From positions 16 through 64,015 of IMG/VR virus record IMGVR_UViG_3300021339_000007: DNA of 64,000 bases; one strand, 5' to 3'. The DNA comes from a virus (Duplodnaviria; Caudoviricetes). The position numbers were made by a program, and so were the translations under genes. Below, piece after piece: positions 48,128-57,861 of the stretch. The notes beneath the pieces were generated by a model that was given only the letters and a program-made list of their open reading frames with translations, made no database searches and was not told where the DNA came from. Every line of letters starts with the position of its first letter. Position 1 is the first letter of the stretch.

Positions 48128-48433
48128 GAGAGGCAAGGAGATTGATATGGCTGGTATCGACATAGGCAAATTCTTCCACAACGCGATCCATGTCAAGCCC
48201 GCGACTTTGAAGGGCACTTCCTTTATAAAGCGGGGTAAGGAAACCGAGGCGGCAGACGCAATCAATGCCATTACCGCCCCACTCGCAGAAGCCGCACTCG
48301 TGGCGTTCCCTGCCGTGGCTGCTGGAGCTTTGCACGTTCGTCCTGAACAGCTGCATGGGGTACCTCACATTACCGACCATATTGCGGCGGCAGCGGCGAT
48401 AAACGATCATATCGAGGAAGTGTTGAAGCCGAA

Positions 48434-48817
48434 ATGAGCGTTCAATGCTTCCTGGTTGAACAGTCTGAAGACCGCCATTCATGGTTCCGCCCGGATATAG
48501 GCGAAACATACCCGAATTACGCGGCCCTGCCTGTCGGCGCCATGTGGTTTGCGGTAGACCCTGACATCTGGAAGGGCATGGGAATAGGGCCGGACGGACG
48601 ATCGCTTATCGTAAAGACACCGGGCGGAATGTGGAATATCGACAGCCGGGCATCCAACTGCACGTTGCCGGACGATAACGAACATCGCTGCTGGATACGG
48701 CACGGCGAGCCGCCGAATGTCACAGTCGATAAGAACGGAAATACCTGTCAGGCAGGAGCGGGCAGTATTCAATGTGGCGACTACCATGGATTCCTGCAGA
48801 ACGGAGTGTTGACATAA
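48434..48817 (+). CDS. DUF6527-like Cys/His metal-binding protein
   Basis: C-terminal SIQCGDYHGFLQNGVLT. Confidence 0.55.
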   Translation: MSVQCFLVEQSEDRHSWFRPDIGETYPNYAALPVGAMWFAVDPDIWKGMGIGPDGRSLIVKTPGGMWNIDSRASNCTLPDDNEHRCWIRHGEPPNVTVDKNGNTCQAGAGSIQCGDYHGFLQNGVLT

Positions 48818-48819
48818 CT

Positions 48820-49155
48820 ATGGACCTCAACCTTGTCGAGCATGGCCCGTCCGTGCCGGTCATTCCCGCAACGCCAAGCCGCTTGCAATGGCGCGCGGTT
48901 GCTTCGTGGATGCAAGCAGCGGGCGCTTCCCTGGGCGGCATCATCATTGCGCTGGCGCAGAACAAAGAAACCGTCGCTCCGCTGATCCCGGTGAAGTACG
49001 CCTGGATCGGAGCTGTCATCTTTGCCGCCGGAAAGATCGTCGAAGCGGTGCAGCACCAAAAAGATCTGACCCGCCCTACAGAAAAGGTCAACATGAGCGC
49101 GCCCGCGTCGTCGCCGGTGAGTGAGTTTCCGGAGGATGGACCGCCGACACCATGA
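48820..49155 (+). CDS. Holin-like two-TM protein
   Basis: Two TM segments; upstream of the endolysin. Confidence 0.55.
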   Translation: MDLNLVEHGPSVPVIPATPSRLQWRAVASWMQAAGASLGGIIIALAQNKETVAPLIPVKYAWIGAVIFAAGKIVEAVQHQKDLTRPTEKVNMSAPASSPVSEFPEDGPPTP

Positions 49156-49390
49156 AGATCGAACCGACCGGATTTAGGGTCACGCCCGAGGAGGGCGGGC
49201 CGACGCACGTTTATACCGTGGAGCAGGCAATGGCGCTGCATGCCGCGCTCACGATCTGGCTTCCGTCTCCGGAGGAACATGACGAGCCGCTCTTGACCGA
49301 CGAAACACCGCCCGAGCCTCAGTACATCAAGCAGGCTCTGGTGTCTCCTCCTCCGGTAGACATGGGTGACACTCAGAGGATGCCCGAACT

Positions 49391-49939
49391 GTGAACTTAA
49401 ACGCGCTGGTGCCTCTGCCTGCCAGGAGCGATATCAATACCGGGCTCTCTCCTGCCACCCAATACACGATGATCCATACCCTCGGCGTACCGGGGAAGCC
49501 GACGCGTGACTGCGGGCCGATCACTAATCAGCGTCTGCGCTCGCAGATCTTTCATCACCAATTCAACAACTTCGGCATCGAAGGCTGGCGCCCCGGCGTT
49601 GAGCTGTTCAAGCGCGCGATGGATGATGTCTATCACGAGGATCGCGAGCTTCATGCCTCGATCGGAACGGCCGGGATGCTGTGCTGCCGGCTCGTGCGCG
49701 GCGGTTCCAACATGAGCAATCATTCGTGGGGAACCGCGATCGATATCACGATCAACGGCAAGCTGATCCCGCTGGGTTCGACGGTCTGCTATGTGGGTCT
49801 GCTGAAGCTCTACCGCTACATGCACCGGTACGGATTCTACTGGTCGGCAGGACTGCCGGGCCGCAAAGATGCCATGCACTTTGAGCTTGCAGAACAGATG
49901 ATCGTTCGGCTTTACCGCCAATACTACGGAGCGCCATGA
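49391..49939 (+). CDS. Endolysin, M15 family Zn peptidase
   Basis: R..RGG..SNHSWGTAID, DAMHFE. Confidence 0.88.
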   Translation: MNLNALVPLPARSDINTGLSPATQYTMIHTLGVPGKPTRDCGPITNQRLRSQIFHHQFNNFGIEGWRPGVELFKRAMDDVYHEDRELHASIGTAGMLCCRLVRGGSNMSNHSWGTAIDITINGKLIPLGSTVCYVGLLKLYRYMHRYGFYWSAGLPGRKDAMHFELAEQMIVRLYRQYYGAP

Positions 49940-51591
49940 TGAGATCGGTAGTGATGGCGATACCGCCGGCGCGCCGCAAGGAGCTGTCTGCTGAGATCGA
50001 TCAGTGGCGGGCGGACCGCGAGCGCGTGATTGACACGGAAGGCTGGAGCACGTCGGTCCTGGAGACATCCGCAACCAGCGGCTATGATCTGCGCGAGCAG
50101 CTGCTGGCACTGCCGCCGTTCGATCAGCTCTGGCTCGTGGGAGATCTGCCGACCCTCTGGGTAACCGACGCGCCGGACCACCATGGCGACAATCGACGCC
50201 CGGTGCCGGCGGACTGGTACCTGGTCAACCGCGACGCCGGGATCAAGAACGCCCGGGTGACCGGGACGGACAGCTGCGCGCTTGCGACGGTGCTGGGCAG
50301 GCCGTTTGCCGGAGTCGGGCGGCTGAAGTTCGACGACCTGGAGGGGCTGACGCCGGCGCAGGTAACGGCGCTCTACCGGAAGCGGTTTGCAAGGCGGCAC
50401 CAGCTGGCGAGAGAGGGCATGGGTGCCTATCCCCTGCCCTGTCGGCTGAACGATCATCTGAACTACAGAGATCCGAATACGGGCGGCGAGTATTTCCGCT
50501 ACGGCGATTCAGTCGTAGCGGAGTTTGCGAGGTACCCGGACGCTCTAAAGCGCTTCTCTCCCATAACGGTCAACGATAACGACGGCGAGCTCGGCGCGGC
50601 AGTCCCTACCCTGATCAATCAGATCAATTCCGGCGGTTTTTCGTGGCAGCTCTTAAACTACTGGGGAGATTGGCAGGCGGTTCGAGATCATTCGCTGGTT
50701 TCGCCGATCGCGGCCGTGTGGGGCTCGTGCATGTGCGAGAGCATGGGGCCGACCTCGCTGGTGCGCTGGCTGCTGACGGGCGACCACGTTGAAGCCGCCA
50801 TTTACAATCAGGACTGCCTGTTCCTGTTCTCCAAGCTGCTCGACGGCGCGTGCCTCGGGGCTGCTGCACTGGCCAGTGCGATCAGGATTGGCTATCCGTG
50901 GTCGCTCTTGTTCGGAGATCCAACGCTGCAGTTCGACGCGGGTACGCTTGCAAGGCTCGCCGGAAAGGTCACGGAGGTCGTAGAGATGGATCCACGCGTG
51001 GATGAGGTTCTGAAGCGGCTGAACACGCTGGAGATAGCATTCGCGGCCATGAATGCGAACGCACAGACCGGGACCGGTGGGAGCGGAAGCACAGACACCG
51101 GCACGGGCAGCGGCGGCAATGATACCTCCGGAGTGTCGGTCCTGCGCCGAAACTGCTGCGGGCCTGCCGTGGGCGATTGGCTTGCCGATGACCATTTCAG
51201 CGGCGGGCAGCCCTGGAGCCCCAACATAGCGATCGCGCTCGGCGGCTTGTCGAACGCAGCTCCCGCAGCGATCTACGGCTCCTGCCGAGCCGGAACATCC
51301 TTCGGCTATGTAGACAGTTTGGAGCCGGGCAGTTATATGCTGCGGCTCCATTTCGAGGAGAGCGCGAATGCGTCGGCGGGCAGGCGCCTGATGGACATAC
51401 GGGCGCAGGGCGTTCTTGCGCTTTCAAGGTTCGATATCTTCGCCGCGGCGGGCGGCAAGGACCGCGCTTGCGTGAGGGAGTTGCCGGTCACAGTGGGCGC
51501 AGATCGGAAGTTTGCCCTGGCAGTTACGGCGAGCGCAGGCTCTCCGGACCCATGGGCGTTATTGTGCGGTTATGAGTTGATCAAGAGTTAA
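49936..51591 (+). CDS. C25 peptidase-like domain fused to a malectin domain
   Basis: LVGDLP, PADWY, LFGDPTL; C-terminal LRLHFEE..GRRLMDI..FDIFAAAGG. Confidence 0.65.
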   Translation: MMRSVVMAIPPARRKELSAEIDQWRADRERVIDTEGWSTSVLETSATSGYDLREQLLALPPFDQLWLVGDLPTLWVTDAPDHHGDNRRPVPADWYLVNRDAGIKNARVTGTDSCALATVLGRPFAGVGRLKFDDLEGLTPAQVTALYRKRFARRHQLAREGMGAYPLPCRLNDHLNYRDPNTGGEYFRYGDSVVAEFARYPDALKRFSPITVNDNDGELGAAVPTLINQINSGGFSWQLLNYWGDWQAVRDHSLVSPIAAVWGSCMCESMGPTSLVRWLLTGDHVEAAIYNQDCLFLFSKLLDGACLGAAALASAIRIGYPWSLLFGDPTLQFDAGTLARLAGKVTEVVEMDPRVDEVLKRLNTLEIAFAAMNANAQTGTGGSGSTDTGTGSGGNDTSGVSVLRRNCCGPAVGDWLADDHFSGGQPWSPNIAIALGGLSNAAPAAIYGSCRAGTSFGYVDSLEPGSYMLRLHFEESANASAGRRLMDIRAQGVLALSRFDIFAAAGGKDRACVRELPVTVGADRKFALAVTASAGSPDPWALLCGYELIKS

Positions 51592-51602
51592 GGAGAAACC
51601 AG

Positions 51603-52046
51603 ATGTACGCAATATTGGGCGCAGACAGCGCGGTTCCGTTCTTCTACCAGCAGGCCAACCTGAAGACCCCGGCCGACAAGCCGGATCTATTCACCTGGAT
51701 CAATGTGAGCAACACCGGCCCGAACGGCTCTCCGCAAGGCCCGGTTCAACTCGGCGAGGCCTGGCCCGGCATCTCTTTCGGCGGCGCTCCGGTATCGCTG
51801 GACTTCCCTTCCGAGGGTGAGTTCGTCATCCAGGCGGCAGGCGGATACGGCGCCCAAGGCTTCGGACAGGCGGCCACTGCTTTGATTAAGGTGCATGCCG
51901 ACCGGACGATCGAGTTTGTCATTCGGGACGGCGTCGGAGCGACCCTGCTGGCCGGCACGCACTCCTACGACAGCATGGCGGAGTATTGGGACAGGGGCCT
52001 GGGCGGAATGATGGCCGATGAGGTCTCGGTCGCTTCGCCGGTCTAA
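51603..52046 (+). CDS. Hypothetical protein
   Basis: AAGGAG RBS; last gene of the late operon. Confidence 0.6.
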   Translation: MYAILGADSAVPFFYQQANLKTPADKPDLFTWINVSNTGPNGSPQGPVQLGEAWPGISFGGAPVSLDFPSEGEFVIQAAGGYGAQGFGQAATALIKVHADRTIEFVIRDGVGATLLAGTHSYDSMAEYWDRGLGGMMADEVSVASPV

Positions 52047-52185
52047 TAAAGGGAACGATCGTTCCCAGGCTTAGTACGTGACTTTGGCCGGCGCGGCTGA
52101 ATTCTCACCCGGCGGAGCCGTCTTTCTGGTACAATAGTCTACCTACTATCCGTTGGTAATTCGACTTTGGCGCGCGAGCGCTTCA

Positions 52186-52222
52186 GCCCGGTGGGGATCA
52201 CTCCCTGCCGGGCTCTTTTTTT
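52186..52222 (+). terminator. Terminator at the convergence of late and early transcription
   Basis: GCCCGGTGGGGA-TCAC-TCCCTGCCGGGC-TCTTTTTT. Confidence 0.7.
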
Positions 52223-52657
52223 GTTTGGCCCTCACTCCTCATCATCCGCACCTTGCGCCGTTGCCAGTCCTGATCGGCCAACTCGCGCGCCTGCTGTTCC
52301 ATGAGCGGTATGCGCTGCTTGTGTGGCCAGGTGGAGACACTACAGACGTGTTCGCGTCCGTCACCAGGATAGACGCGGAAGCCGTGCTCTGTGTCGATAG
52401 TGGCTTCGCCTGCGGGAGTATGGATGGTGTACTGAGCCATGCCTAGTCTGCCGGAATTGGCATGGCTTCGCCGTTAGAGAGTTCGACGCCGCCGAAAACG
52501 TGCTCCACATAATCACCGTCGGAACATCGGACCACGGCGTAAACATGCGTGCCCGTACCCTGGTCAATTCCGCAGAAAACCGATAGGAACTCTTGGCCGT
52601 TCGACTCGCCTCGATAGATTTCTTCTGCGCCTTCTTGCCGCCACCACTCTTGACCCT

Positions 52658-53200
52658 TCATCGTTTTAGCCTTCCTACACTCCGGCCCAGTTGACTAACC
52701 GCGATTCCGCCCATCGCCTCCGGCCTCATCCACCGCACTGCCCGCGCCGGCACCAGAAACCACAACAGACAGTACACCACGACCCGCAGCAGCCACACCA
52801 TCCGCACCGCGAACGAGCTGCGGGCGGCGGCGATCAGCACCCGGCCGAGGGATATACGCCACACGACGATTTGAACCGCGAAAAGCGGGCGGCGCGGGTC
52901 CCCTACCGGCAACGCGGGCCCGCTCTCGAACTCCACGGGAACCTCACGAGAACCACACGGCGAGATTGGGGGGGGCTCAATCGGGGGGGCTTCCGTGGGA
53001 CGCAGGATTTGCGCAAGGCGGTCGTAAGTCGTCAGGCTGATGCACGTCATGTGCCGCACCTTGCCGTCATCGGCCTTCTGTGGCGCTCGGAATGTCGATA
53101 GCCCGTTTTCCCGCAAGCGGTCACGCAGAGTACTCTCGGGGCTTCGCAGGCGGCGTGCTGCCGTTTTTAACGGCATGGCGTCGCGGGGTATGATATCCAT
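52658..53200 (-). CDS. HTH-containing protein with C-terminal hydrophobic segment
   Basis: LKTAARRLRSPESTLRDRL. Confidence 0.5.
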   Translation of the reverse strand: MDIIPRDAMPLKTAARRLRSPESTLRDRLRENGLSTFRAPQKADDGKVRHMTCISLTTYDRLAQILRPTEAPPIEPPPISPCGSREVPVEFESGPALPVGDPRRPLFAVQIVVWRISLGRVLIAAARSSFAVRMVWLLRVVVYCLLWFLVPARAVRWMRPEAMGGIAVSQLGRSVGRLKR

Positions 53201-53670
53201 GATCGAACTCCTCTCTAGTTCGGTCGAATGCTTCCCGATTTCGTTGCGCGTTATCGGGAAGCGCTTTTTTTCTATCTCTGCCTCTCAGACATCGGCAAGT
53301 AGATCACCTTGCCGTCTTCTGGAATTGCTTCTCTCAAGTCTGCGTCCGACCAGCGAACCGTCTTGTCCAGTTCTTGCTTTGCTTCCTTGTAGAGCGCAAG
53401 GCATTTCTCGCGCAGCACCTTGTTCGTAAACGGGTTACTATAACGGCGTACCGAGAGACAAAGAAGCGATACCACATCGGCGAGCTCATCATATTCTGCG
53501 TTAGACACGATGCGCATTCCGCGAGCCCGCATCTCGGCAGCCCATTCTTCACGTCGCTTCTTAACGTCTGCCTCGTCGCGACGCTCTTGTGCGGATTTAC
53601 GTAGGCTCATTTCCTCGTGTCCTAATTCTCGGCCGTGGGAACTCCCGGTCTCCTCGGACTGTCATTTCTT

Positions 53671-54186
53671 TCAGCGATCGTCGGCGGGCGCGGCGGTTGG
53701 ATCGTGATCGGCTGCGGCGCCCGCTCCCCGTTTTTCCGCGAATCTCGCTTGCTGCGCGGCCCTCATCTTCTGCTTGGTCTCCTCGCTCATCGGCTTGCGG
53801 GCTCCGGGCTTCCGCGGCTTGGGCTCGAAAAAGGTCTGGATGAACCGGCTCACAGCGCCCGCGCTCATTCCGGTCATAGCAGCGACAGTGGCGCGATTGA
53901 CGGACTTCCCGGTTCTGACGCAGTCTTCCACGTAGGCGCGGGCCTCTGCGAGTGGATCGCCGGTATCCTTCCGATTGGTCGGCGGCGGCGGAGCGATGGC
54001 TGCGGCCGGTGCGACTGCGACGGGCGGTTTACTACCCGTGCCGGACTTCGCCGCTGCAGACGGCCCCAGGCGCTGAGCGACAATGGCCCGGGCGTACTGG
54101 CTTGCTGGATCGTCCGGTAGAACGTCCTGGAGATGCTTGTCCATCAGAAAGCGAAAGGCGTCTCCGGCCACAGTGATTTCATCCAT
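53671..54186 (-). CDS. DNA-binding protein (HTH plus NUMOD3-like motif)
   Basis: VAAMTGMSAGAVSR; MSEETKQKMR. Confidence 0.55.
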   Translation of the reverse strand: MDEITVAGDAFRFLMDKHLQDVLPDDPASQYARAIVAQRLGPSAAAKSGTGSKPPVAVAPAAAIAPPPPTNRKDTGDPLAEARAYVEDCVRTGKSVNRATVAAMTGMSAGAVSRFIQTFFEPKPRKPGARKPMSEETKQKMRAAQQARFAEKRGAGAAADHDPTAAPADDR

Positions 54187-54916
54187 TGGGTGATCTCCTC
54201 AGATCTGCATCGGTACAGTCAGCGGGCACCGCTCGGCGGCGGGCTCGGGCGCTCCGAAGTCCTGCGCCGTGATGATGGCGCCCTTCTCGAACTTCCAGAA
54301 TAGGTCGCTCCATCCGGTTGTGCAGCTCCATTCCCCGGTTTTGCGAAGGAAGTTGACGAGCTTGCAGGCTTGCTCTACCTCGATCTCCCCGCCGTTGAAG
54401 ACGCAGGAACCGGTCCACTTCCCGTAGGTTCGCATCTGGATCCGGACTTGCGACTCCGGAGGGTCGATGACGACTTCCCGGGGCGAAGTGTGGAAGTTGA
54501 CGATCATCGGCGTAGTGGCTTCGAATTCGCGCGAACCATCGTCATAGATCTCCAATCGTGACGGGCCTTCGATCTCCATGCAGATGTCCTTGCCATCGAG
54601 GTCTTCGAGGTCGATCTTGGCGACCATTCTCACGAAATGGCCACGGTCGTCGTTGCAGGCGAAATTGACGAATAGGTTCATGCCCATACACTCACGATCG
54701 TTCTATCAGGTTCGCCGAGATTCGGAATTGGAACGAGGCCACAGTGTTGAAGATGCAACTCCACGTTGGAAAGGCTCCTGTCTCGATAGAAGAGCTCCGA
54801 ATGCGGCGTGACCTGGCCAGGTGTAACGAGATGTGCGCGGCAAACATACTCCTCCGAATAGTCGGAAGGGTGATCGTAGACGGCAAAAATCCAGAGACCG
54901 CCAATCGCAGTGTCGC

Positions 54917-55435
54917 TCACGCCGTCACCTCGATTGAGTGGGTGATGTGCCAGGCGCCGGTTGCGCGCTTGATGTTCTCGGTGAGATACGGCATGATCTC
55001 GTCCGACCAATCTTCCTTCGAGACCCATCCGGATCCATTGTTGAGGCAATTGACGTCGAAGATCCCGATGCCGTGCGGGGCGGCTTCTGCGCCGACCCAA
55101 TGGGTGTAGCGGTATCGCGCCGCCATGGGGACGCCGGGATTGCACCAGGGACCTTCGAACTGTATTCGGGCCAGGCCGTATTCGGGCCATCTCTCCCTGC
55201 CCGGATTCTTTTCGATCCCGGTGTAAATCGTCCGGAAGTCCTTGCCGAGGGCACGCAGCGCGGCGTACATCATGCTGGGGCTGGTGTAGCGCTTTACCTC
55301 GAAGTCGGGGATAGCGAGACGGACTTGCTCCGGTCGCAGGCCGTAAATCGCGGCTAGGGCAGCGGGGCCGCAATTCATGCCCCATTCCTCATAGGCGGCT
55401 TCGGCCTCTTCATAGGTGAACTTGGTGGGGATCAT
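54917..55435 (-). CDS. Peptidase C39-like protein
   Basis: NCGPAALA, HWV, FD: Cys-His-Asp pattern. Confidence 0.55.
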   Translation of the reverse strand: MIPTKFTYEEAEAAYEEWGMNCGPAALAAIYGLRPEQVRLAIPDFEVKRYTSPSMMYAALRALGKDFRTIYTGIEKNPGRERWPEYGLARIQFEGPWCNPGVPMAARYRYTHWVGAEAAPHGIGIFDVNCLNNGSGWVSKEDWSDEIMPYLTENIKRATGAWHITHSIEVTA

Positions 55436-55767
55436 TCCGGCTGCTCCTGGGAAGAATGGGAGTCATGGGAACGGCCGGCATCTATTGCGTCGGTGGCGTT
55501 GGCCGGGTCTTCGTGCCATTTCATGAACAGATCACGTTTGACTTCTGCTCGCTGAAAGAACGCTTCTTTATCTAAATCATAGATTTCTGCTACGACGCCT
55601 ATTGCCGCCATGACATCCGCCATTTCGTCGCGCAACCGATCGTCAAGCGGAGGACCGCCGTCCGGATGCTCTTGTGTGGCGTAATAGGCTAACTTTTTGC
55701 CTATTACCTGAACAAGCTCGCCGCATTCTTCAGCAAGCTTCGCGAGACCATTAGCAGGCAACGCCAT
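55432..55767 (-). CDS. MazG-like NTP pyrophosphohydrolase
   Basis: LAEECGEL..EMADV. Confidence 0.8.
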   Translation of the reverse strand: MALPANGLAKLAEECGELVQVIGKKLAYYATQEHPDGGPPLDDRLRDEMADVMAAIGVVAEIYDLDKEAFFQRAEVKRDLFMKWHEDPANATDAIDAGRSHDSHSSQEQPE

Positions 55768-55845
55768 ATCACTCTCTCCCTGGCACCCACGTACCAAAAA
55801 TGCACAATGTGCCCCTCTTCATCCACCAGCGTCAACGCTCGTTCC

Positions 55846-56352
55846 TTACAACCGCTCAATCGTCACGACGACCCCGGCCCGGTTCGGCTCCTGCTCGCGC
55901 GGTACGATCGAGGCGTGAAAGCTGGTGACGAACTCCTTCCGATCGTCCTGGATAACGCCCATCTCCACCAGGGCGTCCACGACAGCCTTGCCGGCGCCGG
56001 AGGCGTTCTGCTCGTCACGAGGCCGGTAGAGCTTGTCCGAGGTGCGCCCGCCGACGTAGAAGACCAGAGAGATCGTCACCGGCGCCGTGAAGGTCGGAAT
56101 GCCCTCTTCCTTGATCTTCCAGCCGATATCGGCTTTGTAGTCGGCGCGCGCCTTGCTGCGGTAGCTCCAATGGCGGTGGCTCTCTTCGTTGGGCGAGCAG
56201 GCGCGCGGCGGTAAGTCAATCTCGAACGTGACGCGCTCGGGCTGATCCCCGGTGGCGACACGAGAGGGCGGCGCAGGCCTGCGGGGCGGCCTGGTGGGCG
56301 GCTTGCTGCCGGTCAGGCGCTGGTATTCGGCGTTGGTTAGGTGGATGGGCAT
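55846..56352 (-). CDS. RusA-like Holliday junction resolvase
   Basis: PRD.QN..K.VVDAL..GVIQDD. Confidence 0.75.
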   Translation of the reverse strand: MPIHLTNAEYQRLTGSKPPTRPPRRPAPPSRVATGDQPERVTFEIDLPPRACSPNEESHRHWSYRSKARADYKADIGWKIKEEGIPTFTAPVTISLVFYVGGRTSDKLYRPRDEQNASGAGKAVVDALVEMGVIQDDRKEFVTSFHASIVPREQEPNRAGVVVTIERL

Positions 56353-57044
56353 GGCACCTCGATGTACTTTTGCGCGATGCTCAGGATTTGCTCGCACTTG
56401 TCGATGTCGAACCAGTCGTCTGTGCGGGCGCCGGTCTCGATATCGATCCAAAAGTCGTTCGGAGCATCCATGGATAGGATTGCCTCGATCTTATCTTCGA
56501 GGTTTTCAAGCCAGATGCCGCCGGCGTATCCGACGAACCGGCGATTTGGAGGAGTCTGAAAAGCACCGCTAATACCCCGGCCTCCGGATGCATCATGCAG
56601 GAAAACTACGCTGTCACTGCCGGACACGGCTGGTTCTATGGCCGCTATGTCGAAACTGTAGGCTTGAATGATGATATCGAGCCGTTGACGCCAATCGAAC
56701 CTGATATAGTTGTAAATGTCCGGATATCGGTCGATGCTGCGCCCAAGGTTGATCTGGACACGCTTTGCGCCTTCAACCAACTGGAGTGCCGTCTCGATTG
56801 GGAACCCTCTTCCTTCCGCAGCACACCGTGCCAAATTCCCACACAGGTGAACCGATTTGCGCGTCTGCGTCATAGCCATTCGGCGCAGTTCGCGCAGAGC
56901 CGGGTACCTCGGTTCTGCGCCGGTGCGCTGGTCGGAGAGAAGCAGGCCCCATTCGACGAACGGGTAGATGCGGCTCAGTCGTTCGAGATCATGCTCGCTT
57001 GTGCGATCGTCCGCACCGGTGATGGTAACGGTCCTAAGCTTCAT
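56337..57044 (-). CDS. Phosphoribosylanthranilate-isomerase-like TIM-barrel phage protein
   Basis: TITGAD, VEWGLL, HLCG, DASGGRG, GYAGGI, WIDIETG. Confidence 0.7.
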   Translation of the reverse strand: MKLRTVTITGADDRTSEHDLERLSRIYPFVEWGLLLSDQRTGAEPRYPALRELRRMAMTQTRKSVHLCGNLARCAAEGRGFPIETALQLVEGAKRVQINLGRSIDRYPDIYNYIRFDWRQRLDIIIQAYSFDIAAIEPAVSGSDSVVFLHDASGGRGISGAFQTPPNRRFVGYAGGIWLENLEDKIEAILSMDAPNDFWIDIETGARTDDWFDIDKCEQILSIAQKYIEVPCPST

Positions 57045-57444
57045 TTCTCTCCTTCTCCGGTCACTAATCCTCGGATCTGCAACGCCCATTCACGATCGGC
57101 AGGCGCGCCGACGTGAAGGTTGAGGAAGTAGCAGAGGCGCTCCCACTGCTCGTAAAGCAGCTCGGGCGACTTGTAGACTAGTCCGTCCTTCAGGTGAGTA
57201 AGGGCGCCTACCAACTCCTCGTGTTTCTCGAACTTGGCCGGGATCAGACCAATGATGATCTCGATCACGTAGTACAAGTCAGTCATGTTGAAGTTCTGCG
57301 GTTGACCAGCCTCGTTGCGGAGTCGCGCGTTCTCGGTCTTGAGGACGTGGAAGTCGTACCAGAGCCAACTCAGAAAGATCGTGTCGATCGTCTCGCCGCG
57401 CCTTAGGACCGCAGAGATGATCTCTTGCGGACGGCCTTTGGTTT

Positions 57445-57861
57445 TCATTCGAAGGACCTTTCGACCTGGTGCGCGAGCTTCTCCAGGAGATTGGCCGCGT
57501 ATACCAGTGTCTTCGCGGTGTCGGGCTTGGCTTTACGCGAGGCGCTGAGCTGCCGGCGGCTCTCCTGCCGGATATGCGCGGCGACCTGTGCCGCAAGGCC
57601 GTCGGCCGGGTACAGCGCCTTGCGGCCCTGCAGCGTGATGACAGCGGCGGAATTGACGCGGTACGGGATATCGAGCAGTTTCCGCCTCTTCAGGATGAGC
57701 AACTGCCGGTTCAGCTCGCCGGGATCGGTCAGGCCGGTCCTCTGCGCGATCTGCTCAATGTTCAGCTTGCAATCGGACTGCTCCGACAGAACTTCCAGCA
57801 GCCGGCGCTGCTTGGCCGTCAGCTCTTCGACCTGGTATCTTTCGGGGGCTTCAGTCGGCAT
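57445..57861 (-). CDS. Winged-HTH protein
   Basis: LTAKQRRLLEVL..IEQIAQRTGL. Confidence 0.55.
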   Translation of the reverse strand: MPTEAPERYQVEELTAKQRRLLEVLSEQSDCKLNIEQIAQRTGLTDPGELNRQLLILKRRKLLDIPYRVNSAAVITLQGRKALYPADGLAAQVAAHIRQESRRQLSASRKAKPDTAKTLVYAANLLEKLAHQVERSFE

